Source: an uncultured Synergistia bacterium (lineage in GTDB: Bacteria > Vulcanimicrobiota > SpSt-956 > JAKJGF01). Taken from it: a stretch of DNA of 64,000 nt. Below the pieces are notes generated by a model. The model had not been told where the DNA came from. It was given only the letters and a program-made list of their open reading frames with translations, and did no database searches. Position numbers and translations under genes: made by a program. The stretch spans positions 590-64,589 of the forward strand of contig CAYSLJ010000009.1 in the NCBI GenBank assembly GCA_964431735.1, written 5' to 3'. How positions within the stretch are numbered: the stretch's first letter is position 1; each line of letters starts with the position of its first letter. Positions 26,085 through 34,683 of this stretch are shown piece by piece.

Positions 26085-29000
26085 GCCTCCAGAATATAAT
26101 TTTGAGGCTTACCTTTTAATTCATATTTAAATGAAAGTAATCCTTCCCTGTCTGTCTTTACATCGAAATTAATATCTCCAAGGGTAACATTATAAAGGGT
26201 ATCTCTTTTTAAACTGGCAATTTCCATATAACCGGCACCAATACCATCCTGAATTACTGCTTTTATTTTATGTTCATCACAGTCCCAGAGGCCAATATAG
26301 TGAGATGCCGATTTCAGATAAACTTTACTCTGTATCTTATCTGTAAGATAAATTTTATGTTCCTCTTTCTCATCTAAAAATATGTAAAGAGAATTATTAT
26401 AATAATTAAATCCAAGAATATTTTCTGACCTTTCTAAATCAGGCCTGAGAGAAGTATTATCAAATCTCACAGTTCTTAAATAACCCATATTCCTGATAAT
26501 AAAACCTCCATCGCCTGTTTTTCCCGTCTGAGCATAGTAAAAATCTTTTATAATACGGGAGTACTGGCTTGCAAAGAGAAGGGCCATATGCTTTGAAAGG
26601 CAGTATTCATAAAGCTTCTGAAGAGCTTCAAGACTTTCCCTGTAAATACCACTGTAAAAATGATAATAAATATTTACAGCTCCTATCCTCAGAGGCTTAT
26701 CTGTATTTTCTATATGGTCTATCAATTTTATCATACCATTATAATTTCCTGTCCAGGATTTTGTATATATATAATCATTACTGCCTGATGTATGAACCTG
26801 CAGTCCCTTCCCCTGTTTTATAAGGACAGGACATAAACTGCTGTATGAATCATAATCTTTATCATAAATAGGATCTCCTCCATTTATATTGGCAAGTCCC
26901 AGTTTTTCTGTTTCTAAGAGAAACTCTTCTGTAGGATTACACATGCCGGGCCAGAAGATAATTTTATTCACCTTTCCGGGAGGCACAAGATTCTGATTGA
27001 TTAAAGCCGTAGAATATAGTATTTCTGTTTCAGGAGAAGCTTTCTCATAGCTTATTTTATAATTGCCTGTATCTCCTGACATATCTATCTTTACATCTCC
27101 ACTGACTAAATTAAATGGATGGCTATGGCTATGACTGGCAACTTCAATATTATCCAGGGCAAAGATGTGACGGGCCATATCCATAGCAGGATTATAATAT
27201 TTTACACCATATCTTATGATTTCATCTGTTATTACAGAAGAACTTACAGGGAGATTATATTTTTTGAAAATCTCTTCTGTAACTATTTCACCTGCATATC
27301 TTCCCGGTTCATCAGAAGATACATTCATAAGGCCGTCAGCATCTACATGACTGTAAAAAATCCTCTGACCGTTCAGAGTCGTATAATCTAATCTGGGCAT
27401 TTCTTCCAGAGCAAGAGCATCCTGAAAAAAATCAAAAGGATTTACAACCCATCTACCGCTTTCCTGATCCAGAATAGCCTGTGCATCATATTGAAGATTT
27501 AGTAATTCTCCATAATTTTCAGGAGAAGCCTGAGTGTTTTGACTGTAGAAGAAATCACCGGAGATTATTCCTCCCCACGGGCCTGTAACTACAGGAGAAA
27601 TATTTCCATTTTCAGAATTGTATATATTAAGAAGAATTTTATTCCCTTCTCTGATAGATCTCAGAGGATTCACACCGGCATTATCATCTATATTTAAAGG
27701 ACTTTCAAAACCAAAAAGACCATCTTTTATATAAACTATTTTTCCAGGATGATAAAAGGATTTATATACATCAGGACGGCCCCTGTTAAATATATTTCCA
27801 CTGTATCCATAGGCACTTACATTCATTTCATTGATTCTGTGAGTTACAAGACTGTTTTTCAGAGCCTTTAAATTTTCTAATATATAAAAATAATTTTCAT
27901 CACATTCCAGTCCCAGCATTGAAAAGACATCTTTTACATGGGAAGAAAAGGTGAATTTTTCAGAATCATAAAAAGCACCGTAATTATCCAGAATAATTAC
28001 TTTTTTACCATTATTTATCTGTTTTAAAAGCCACAGATTATAATTATCTGCACCTTTCATATCAGTGTCTGTAAACCAGGTCATAACTGCCATATAATCC
28101 TTCATTGTTTCATCATCAGGTCTATCTGTTTCAATATCCACATAATCACAGACAAGGCCGAGATGATTTAAAATAATATCACAGCAGTCACAGGCAGAAG
28201 ATGTTTCAAAATCTATAACTTCACTGCTTTTATAAAGGACAAGCACTTTTCTCGGAAGAGGTAAAGAACATGGCAGACGTTCTTTTTCTATCTTTTTATT
28301 CATAAGAGCTCTCTCTAACTCTTTTTCTTTATCTACAGTAATATTATAAACTTCTGGAGGAATAAATTCATATTCTCTGAGTGCTTCTTCCAGGAATTTA
28401 TCCAGTTTAAGTATAAAACTGATTTCCCAGTTATCCTGTCTCTGTCTGTAAATATATCCCTGAAGTGCCATGCCTCCATAAGGTGTTACTACAACTACAT
28501 CACTGTTGCTTCCTTTTCTGTCTTTTCTGCTCAGAGTGAGAAAACTTTTATTTTCAGGCAGACGGGATTTAAAGAGAAAATAATTTTTAAAATCTTCCTT
28601 TTTAGAAAGCATTTCTTTATTAATACATTCTTCTGATATATAATCACAGTTTATTATATCAGATCTGTCTGTCCACTGCTGTTTCATTACAAGGCCGAAA
28701 GGATAGAAAAAATTATTGATTTCTATTTCACTTAAATATCTTACAATATAATGTGAGTCCTTTTTTATTTTCTCCGTATAGGCACCGAAATCTCCGAGAA
28801 TTATAACCTTCTTCCCGGCAGAAACCTGATCTCCAAGCCACTCACAGTATTTTGCTGCATTATACATTTCTGAAGTGCCATACCAGGAAATTATGCATCC
28901 ATATTCTTTCATAACAGAACTGTCAGGTATACCTTTATCTATATCATAATAATCCAGTTCATAACCAAGTTTAAAGAGTTTAACAGAAGCCAGTTTTTTT

Positions 29001-29818
29001 ATAAAATTTTCCCTGTCAGACTGTTTTTCAGAACTTTTATAAAGAGCCAGCAATTTTTTAGAAGTAAATTTCTCAGGGTTTTTATATGTGAGAACATCGT
29101 AGAGAAAATCCTTCCTTTTTAAATGCCATATTATATTTCCTGACGACTCATCTATAGAATAAATATATCCTATCTGAGCCATTCCCCCGTAAGGAGTTCT
29201 TACAACAGCACAATTTTCCCTCCCAGGCTGACTTTTAAGACCTGTGGTAAGATAGCTTTTATTATTTTTATTTATGGATTCAAATAATGCAAAATATTCA
29301 GGAAAAGGTGAAGGTATAGAATTTACTACAGAGGGATCTCTGTAAAGAACTTCTACATCATCTTTATTGATTTTATCACTGCCTTTAAATTCAAGTCCCA
29401 GTAAAAAAAAGAAATCATTCAGGTCTTCGTTACTAAGCCAGTTAATACCATCATCGGAATGGGCTCCAAAATTTCCAAAAATTACAATTTTCCTGCCTTC
29501 TTTTATCTGTTTTGAAAGCCAGGTGATATATTCTTTCGAGTGAGGATGTATGGCAGTAAAATAAAAGGTTACAACACCTTCATAGTCTTTCATTTCATCA
29601 GATGACGGCAGAACAGAAAGAGCATCTTTATAGTCTACTTCATAGCCCAGGGCTTTTAATTCTCCTTCAAGATGATATAAAACAGGATTATCTGAAGCTG
29701 TGGCATTTTCATTTGATTTATAAAGGGCAAGTATTTTTTTATTAGCTGCTATGGTGAAGGTGTGGAAAATAAGAAGAAAAAAAATCGTAAATATAAAAAT
29801 TTTATATATCAAAGGCAT
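26069..29818 (-). CDS. PelA-like protein: three tandem about 230-aa alpha/beta modules + CE4-like deacetylase + C-terminal beta-domain
   Basis: Three paralogous modules (KILALYKSNE.., KLLALYKSSE.., KVLVLYKSSE..). FYSHVDADG (nt 27335-27349) and ASHSHSHPF (nt 27119-27133) resemble CE4 metal and catalytic motifs. Signal peptide present. Confidence 0.65.
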   Translation of the reverse strand: MPLIYKIFIFTIFFLLIFHTFTIAANKKILALYKSNENATASDNPVLYHLEGELKALGYEVDYKDALSVLPSSDEMKDYEGVVTFYFTAIHPHSKEYITWLSKQIKEGRKIVIFGNFGAHSDDGINWLSNEDLNDFFFLLGLEFKGSDKINKDDVEVLYRDPSVVNSIPSPFPEYFALFESINKNNKSYLTTGLKSQPGRENCAVVRTPYGGMAQIGYIYSIDESSGNIIWHLKRKDFLYDVLTYKNPEKFTSKKLLALYKSSEKQSDRENFIKKLASVKLFKLGYELDYYDIDKGIPDSSVMKEYGCIISWYGTSEMYNAAKYCEWLGDQVSAGKKVIILGDFGAYTEKIKKDSHYIVRYLSEIEINNFFYPFGLVMKQQWTDRSDIINCDYISEECINKEMLSKKEDFKNYFLFKSRLPENKSFLTLSRKDRKGSNSDVVVVTPYGGMALQGYIYRQRQDNWEISFILKLDKFLEEALREYEFIPPEVYNITVDKEKELERALMNKKIEKERLPCSLPLPRKVLVLYKSSEVIDFETSSACDCCDIILNHLGLVCDYVDIETDRPDDETMKDYMAVMTWFTDTDMKGADNYNLWLLKQINNGKKVIILDNYGAFYDSEKFTFSSHVKDVFSMLGLECDENYFYILENLKALKNSLVTHRINEMNVSAYGYSGNIFNRGRPDVYKSFYHPGKIVYIKDGLFGFESPLNIDDNAGVNPLRSIREGNKILLNIYNSENGNISPVVTGPWGGIISGDFFYSQNTQASPENYGELLNLQYDAQAILDQESGRWVVNPFDFFQDALALEEMPRLDYTTLNGQRIFYSHVDADGLMNVSSDEPGRYAGEIVTEEIFKKYNLPVSSSVITDEIIRYGVKYYNPAMDMARHIFALDNIEVASHSHSHPFNLVSGDVKIDMSGDTGNYKISYEKASPETEILYSTALINQNLVPPGKVNKIIFWPGMCNPTEEFLLETEKLGLANINGGDPIYDKDYDSYSSLCPVLIKQGKGLQVHTSGSNDYIYTKSWTGNYNGMIKLIDHIENTDKPLRIGAVNIYYHFYSGIYRESLEALQKLYEYCLSKHMALLFASQYSRIIKDFYYAQTGKTGDGGFIIRNMGYLRTVRFDNTSLRPDLERSENILGFNYYNNSLYIFLDEKEEHKIYLTDKIQSKVYLKSASHYIGLWDCDEHKIKAVIQDGIGAGYMEIASLKRDTLYNVTLGDINFDVKTDREGLLSFKYELKGKPQNYILEACIKK

Positions 29819-31818
29819 TACTCCTTTATAAAAATTTCCTTTATTTCACAGGGATTACTCTGATTGTTATTATAATCAACAGATGTAACAAATATTTTAT
29901 AACTATGAGAAATAGAAAGATTATCAATAAACATTTCACATATATGAGAAGGAATTATAAAAGGGAGTCTTATTTTCTGTTCTGAAGGGAAACAGTATAA
30001 CCTGTAACAGGAAAGATCGTCACAGATGACAGGGTTCCAGATAACCTGAAGTTTTTTGTTTTCTTTTTTATATTCTACATAGAGACCTTCAGGAGAAGGA
30101 GGAGGTGTACAGTCTTTCGGACATAGTGCAACCGGATAGGCTACAGGTCCCTCTTGATCTGTTTCCGATAAAGGAGAAACAGAAAAATAATAAATCTTTC
30201 CATTTACAAGATTATCTATCACAGCTGAATTACCTGTTACAGTCTTTAAAAAATTCAGATTACCGGGACTGTCACCTGAATAAATATTAGATCTGTTACA
30301 GTTATTCTCCCATGTAAGATAAACAGAACTTTCTCTTCCCTCTCCCTCTAAAGAATAAATAATTCCCGGATAAATTCCATCAATTGTATGCAAAACTGTT
30401 TTACTGTAAGGAGTCTGAAGGGAAAAATTTTTCCCGATAAGTTTTACATAAATATAATAATCTGTATCTTTATCAAGACCGAAAGAAGAACAGATAATTT
30501 CACTGCCATTTAAAATAACATTTTCTTCATAATCAATTTCAATTTTTTGAAGAAGAGATATTTCACTGGAAATACTATCTTTTTCTCCATATCTTAAATC
30601 TATAAAGTAATCTCTTCCCGGAAGCAGATTGTTTTGCCCGTCTATACCGATATAAACAAGAAACCTCCCTTTTTCACTTTCTTCTGCTCTTACTTTTTTG
30701 ATTGAAGGTATTTTATCATCTTCTGTAAAATATTTCTCTACAGGAGGGAAAATCTTCTGTAAATCAGGAGTAGAAATATAATATGAATAATTCTCATCTC
30801 CCAGGAGATTTATACCATTATAAAATATATTATAAAAATCTTTTTGATCCGGATTGAGATAGTCGAGAACAAATAGATGAAAACCGTCTTTTTTCTTCAT
30901 ATTCGGAATAATATAATTCTTTAATACATTGAAATTTTCCGCTCCATAAGGGCTTTCAAGACCTTTATTTCTGTACCAGTCCCATTCCGAGGCAAAACTC
31001 TCAAACATAATACCATCGATAGAAGGTCTGAATATATGGGCATATTTTTCTAAAAGAAAAAAGCCTCTGTTTCCTATAAGATATTTATCAGGAAAATCTT
31101 CTCTGATTTTTTTCACAAGAAAGGCCATATTCTCCTGAGTCCATCCGTAATTTCCCCAGGGTGAAGCAGTATCAAGAGTATCAAGGAAAAAACCGTCTAC
31201 TCCGAAATCATCTGAAAGTTTTTTCATCTTTTTCTCTATCATATCCTGCCAGAGAGAGTCGCCTGGGTTAACAAAATAACTTCCCCACTTGCCATTTTCA
31301 TCCGGGAGACAGTCATGACCCGGAAAAAATTCAGGCATTCCACCGGGCAGATAGTTAAAAAAACCTTTTTCATTGAAAACATAACTTACATGATCGACAT
31401 ATCTGGAAGGATAATCATTTTTAAGATAATGCAATTCTTTATCATAAAATACAGGGCCTTCTTTCTTATTTTCAATATTACCTGCCCCCTGTGGCACCAT
31501 CTCATCTTCACCTATTGATACATAGGCTATTACCATTATGTCATCATCTGTTCCTTCAATTCCATCACGGCCATTCTTAATTTTTTTAATCATTTCAGGA
31601 GTAATATTATCCAGGTCATTTCCTGGATGAAGAATTACAAGATCGAAATCAAAAACTCTGGAAATTGTTTCACAATCCCATTGTCCGTAATATACAAGAT
31701 ATTTTAGAGGATATTTTTTATTATATTTCAAAGAAGTAGCCCCTGCTTTTTCAATGGAGGATATACTAAGAAAAAAGGTAAAAAAAAATAAAATCAGAAA
31801 AATTTTGCCTGTTATCAT
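29818..31818 (-). CDS. secreted TIM-barrel glycoside hydrolase (GH114/GH166, PelA hydrolase-like) with C-terminal FN3-like domains
   Basis: YYGQWD, VIAYVSIGE and GVDGFFLDTLD blocks are typical of endo-alpha-1,4-(N-acetyl)galactosaminidase-like barrels. TAATG overlap with the next gene. Confidence 0.7.
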   Translation of the reverse strand: MITGKIFLILFFFTFFLSISSIEKAGATSLKYNKKYPLKYLVYYGQWDCETISRVFDFDLVILHPGNDLDNITPEMIKKIKNGRDGIEGTDDDIMVIAYVSIGEDEMVPQGAGNIENKKEGPVFYDKELHYLKNDYPSRYVDHVSYVFNEKGFFNYLPGGMPEFFPGHDCLPDENGKWGSYFVNPGDSLWQDMIEKKMKKLSDDFGVDGFFLDTLDTASPWGNYGWTQENMAFLVKKIREDFPDKYLIGNRGFFLLEKYAHIFRPSIDGIMFESFASEWDWYRNKGLESPYGAENFNVLKNYIIPNMKKKDGFHLFVLDYLNPDQKDFYNIFYNGINLLGDENYSYYISTPDLQKIFPPVEKYFTEDDKIPSIKKVRAEESEKGRFLVYIGIDGQNNLLPGRDYFIDLRYGEKDSISSEISLLQKIEIDYEENVILNGSEIICSSFGLDKDTDYYIYVKLIGKNFSLQTPYSKTVLHTIDGIYPGIIYSLEGEGRESSVYLTWENNCNRSNIYSGDSPGNLNFLKTVTGNSAVIDNLVNGKIYYFSVSPLSETDQEGPVAYPVALCPKDCTPPPSPEGLYVEYKKENKKLQVIWNPVICDDLSCYRLYCFPSEQKIRLPFIIPSHICEMFIDNLSISHSYKIFVTSVDYNNNQSNPCEIKEIFIKE

Positions 31819-31827
31819 GCTGTATTA

Positions 31828-33915
31828 TTATCCTCCCTTTTTGGCAAGCCTTATAAGCTTTGTGCCTTTCACGGGGCCTTTTGAACCATCTTTATCATCA
31901 TCGGAAATACCGGGAGGCAGCGTCATTTCTGTATATGTGTGTTTAACGGGAATGGTAAAAGTGAAAGTACTTCCCTTTCCGAATTCACTTTCAACCCATA
32001 TTTTGCCTCTGTGATATTTAATAATCTCTTTACATATAGGAAGCCCGAGACCTGTACCGTCAGGTTTGCCTGTGGCAGTATCTTCTATCTGGCAGAATTT
32101 CAGGAATATTTTTTCATGATTTTCCGGCGCAATTCCTCTTCCGGAATCCTTAACAGATACATATAGACTGCCATCTTTATAATAAGCATTAAGATTGATT
32201 GACTGATTCTCGTGACAGAATTTTATAGCATTTGACAGTAAATTTGTTATGACCTGAATAATCTTATCTCTGTCTACCATAATCCTGGGGAGACCATTTT
32301 CTATCTGCAGTTCAACCTGAAGATTTTTCTTACTTATAAGAGAACTGGTAGAATTTACGGCACTCACTATTAATTCTTCTATATCTGCTTCTTCAGATTT
32401 CCATTCCGTTCTGCCTGATTCTATTTTTGAAATATCCAGCACATCATTTATAAGTCTTGTAAGTCTTTCACTTTCATCATTTATTATTGTAAGAAATTCC
32501 TTTTGAGTTTCTTTATCTTCATCATAGGTAAGTAAAATTTCTGCAAAGGATTTTATCGAAGTAAGAGGAGTTCTCAATTCATGTGATACAGTACTTATAA
32601 ATTCGGATTTCATCCTGTCAATTTCTTTTTCATAGGTTATATCCCTCAGGAGAGTCACCTTCCCGAGTTCTTCTTTTTTCTCATTCATCACCCTTGAAAC
32701 ACTTGCTTTTAATGTTCTGGGTGCTCTCTCAAGTAAAGATGAAAGTTCTATCTCTTCCGAAATTGATTCTTCATCAAGAGGGAGTTTTTTATTAAAAAGC
32801 TCAACGAGATTTTCATTATCTATAACATCTTCCAGTAGCCTGTCCTTCAATTCCTCTGCAGAAACTCTGAAGATTCGCTCAAAGGCAGGATTGATGAGTA
32901 TAACTGTTCCGGAAGAATCTGTAACTACTATGCCGTCTATAATACTGTTTATAATGGCTTCTATCTGATTTTTCGCCTGTATAATAGCCTCTGTAGATCT
33001 TGCAGTTTCTATGGCAGCAGCAGCCTGTCCTGCCAGAATGGAAAGTAATTCAGAATCTTTTTCTTCAAGTGGCTCATCATAATAATCATCTTTACCTGCT
33101 ATTAATGAACCGATAACCTCTCCTTTTACTTTAAGAGGCATTTCTATGAAATTTTTAACATCAAGTGCTTTTATATAAGGATGAAATTCAGGAGGAACTG
33201 AAGCAAGATTATTTACAAGAAGGGGTTCTCCTTTTACTACAGAATAAAGAGTTACACCACTTTCAATCTGCTGTTCGAATTTATTCAGATTTTTCAAACT
33301 GAAGCCGACACCGCGATGAATAAAAAAATCTTTTTCACCGCTTTTAATCAAAATAACAAGACTGCGATTATATCCGAGTTTACTTACAATAGCTTCACTT
33401 ATAGTTTTCAAAATACCCTGTAATGTCTGAGCAGAACTTATCCAGGTACCTATCTCATGAAGTGTAAAAAGACCTTTAACTTTTTCATCTAAAAGCCTGT
33501 TAACTTTTGTAAGTTCAAAATCAGTTTTAATAAGAACCTTGGAATTATCTTCCATTTCTTTATAGGTAGCTTCCATTTTTTCCTTTTCCCTTGCCAGTTT
33601 CTCCATATTTTCTTCAAGCTCTTTCTGGACTTTATGCAGTTTTATCTCATAAGTTTCCTTTGTTTTTTGACTGATAAATTTCCCGGCATTACTGCATAAA
33701 TAAGTGAAAAGAATAAAAAATATAACAAGAAAAAATGGAATAACATAGGTAAAAGGATAAATAAAATTACCATAAAGGAAATATAACACTCCTACCAGAA
33801 TTACAAAAATAAAAAAGACTATCCAGAGGCCTAATACTGGTTGAAATACTGTCAATTTTTCTGTTTTATTCATAAAAGCACCCTGTAATATAATAATGCA
33901 TGATATGTAATACAA
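31828..33915 (-). CDS. membrane sensor histidine kinase (TM, coiled coil, GAF, PAS, HisKA, HATPase)
   Basis: H-box FISTVSHELRTPLTSI, N-box NLLSNAIKF, DSGRGI and GTGLGLPICK. An alternative start MNKTEK lies at 33873. Confidence 0.92.
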   Translation of the reverse strand: MYYISCIIILQGAFMNKTEKLTVFQPVLGLWIVFFIFVILVGVLYFLYGNFIYPFTYVIPFFLVIFFILFTYLCSNAGKFISQKTKETYEIKLHKVQKELEENMEKLAREKEKMEATYKEMEDNSKVLIKTDFELTKVNRLLDEKVKGLFTLHEIGTWISSAQTLQGILKTISEAIVSKLGYNRSLVILIKSGEKDFFIHRGVGFSLKNLNKFEQQIESGVTLYSVVKGEPLLVNNLASVPPEFHPYIKALDVKNFIEMPLKVKGEVIGSLIAGKDDYYDEPLEEKDSELLSILAGQAAAAIETARSTEAIIQAKNQIEAIINSIIDGIVVTDSSGTVILINPAFERIFRVSAEELKDRLLEDVIDNENLVELFNKKLPLDEESISEEIELSSLLERAPRTLKASVSRVMNEKKEELGKVTLLRDITYEKEIDRMKSEFISTVSHELRTPLTSIKSFAEILLTYDEDKETQKEFLTIINDESERLTRLINDVLDISKIESGRTEWKSEEADIEELIVSAVNSTSSLISKKNLQVELQIENGLPRIMVDRDKIIQVITNLLSNAIKFCHENQSINLNAYYKDGSLYVSVKDSGRGIAPENHEKIFLKFCQIEDTATGKPDGTGLGLPICKEIIKYHRGKIWVESEFGKGSTFTFTIPVKHTYTEMTLPPGISDDDKDGSKGPVKGTKLIRLAKKGG

Positions 33916-33935
33916 ATAAAATGTAATATATCATG

Positions 33936-34313
33936 CTACTTTTTACCGCTGAAGATTTCTTCCAACCTCTGAAGCATTTTAACAGGACTGAAAGGTTTTG
34001 TCAGATATTCATTGGCTCCTGCCTGCAGGCCTTTTTCTTTATCCACATCCTGACTTTTAGCTGTAAGCATAATAATATAAAGATCTTTAAATTCCTGATA
34101 CTTGCGTATTTCCAGGCACACATCATAACCATTTTTTTTAGGCATCATTACATCAAGAAGAACCAGATCAGGCCTGTAAGACTTTATCTTATCCAGAGCA
34201 TCGTCACCGTTATTTGCACAGAGAACATTATACCCTTTCTTCTCCAGTACGAAACTGAGAGATTTTATAATATAGGGTTCATCATCTACTAAAAGAATTT
34301 TCTTGGTAAGCAT
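33936..34313 (-). CDS. single-domain response regulator
   Basis: LLVDDE, LVLLDVMMPKKNG, LTAK and KPF. 125 aa. Confidence 0.92.
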   Translation of the reverse strand: MLTKKILLVDDEPYIIKSLSFVLEKKGYNVLCANNGDDALDKIKSYRPDLVLLDVMMPKKNGYDVCLEIRKYQEFKDLYIIMLTAKSQDVDKEKGLQAGANEYLTKPFSPVKMLQRLEEIFSGKK

Positions 34314-34338
34314 ATTTCTGATTTACCATATATATATT

Positions 34339-34426
34339 AGCTATCAGCTATCAGGTTATAGTGAGTCGTGAGTAGTGAGTACCCGGCTCTGTCACATATC
34401 ACAATTCGTAACGCGTGACGCGTGGA
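34339..34426 (+). repeat. AGCTATC heptamers, GTGAGTC/GTGAGTA units and a short ACGCGT array, in plus orientation within a minus-strand operon
   Basis: AGCTATC AGCTATC AGGTTAT A GTGAGTC GTGAGTA GTGAGTA ... TCGTAACGCGTGACGCGTGG. Confidence 0.8.
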
Positions 34427-34550
34427 ATGTTTTAAAATCTGTTGATGCTGATAGCTGAATGCTTACTGGAAATCTTTATTTCTTATCTATTCTATCAGTT
34501 AAAGAAATATCCTGCTTTTCTTTTATTGTGTGTCTATAAATTTATATGAC

Positions 34551-34683
34551 GATCGTCACGCGTGACGGGTGGGGTCGTGATGCGTGATGCGTATTTAATC
34601 TTCAGGGCGTTTAATAAAACGCCCCTACGACTCACCCTTCACTTTTCACCCTTCACTTTTCACTTCTCACCACGCACCACTCA
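34551..34683 (-). repeat. intercistronic mosaic element
   Basis: Its hairpin is identical to 18453-18472 (34605-34624). Flanked by TCACCCT/TCACTTT units and GTGATGCGTGATGCG / CGTCACGCGTGACGGG. Confidence 0.9.
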
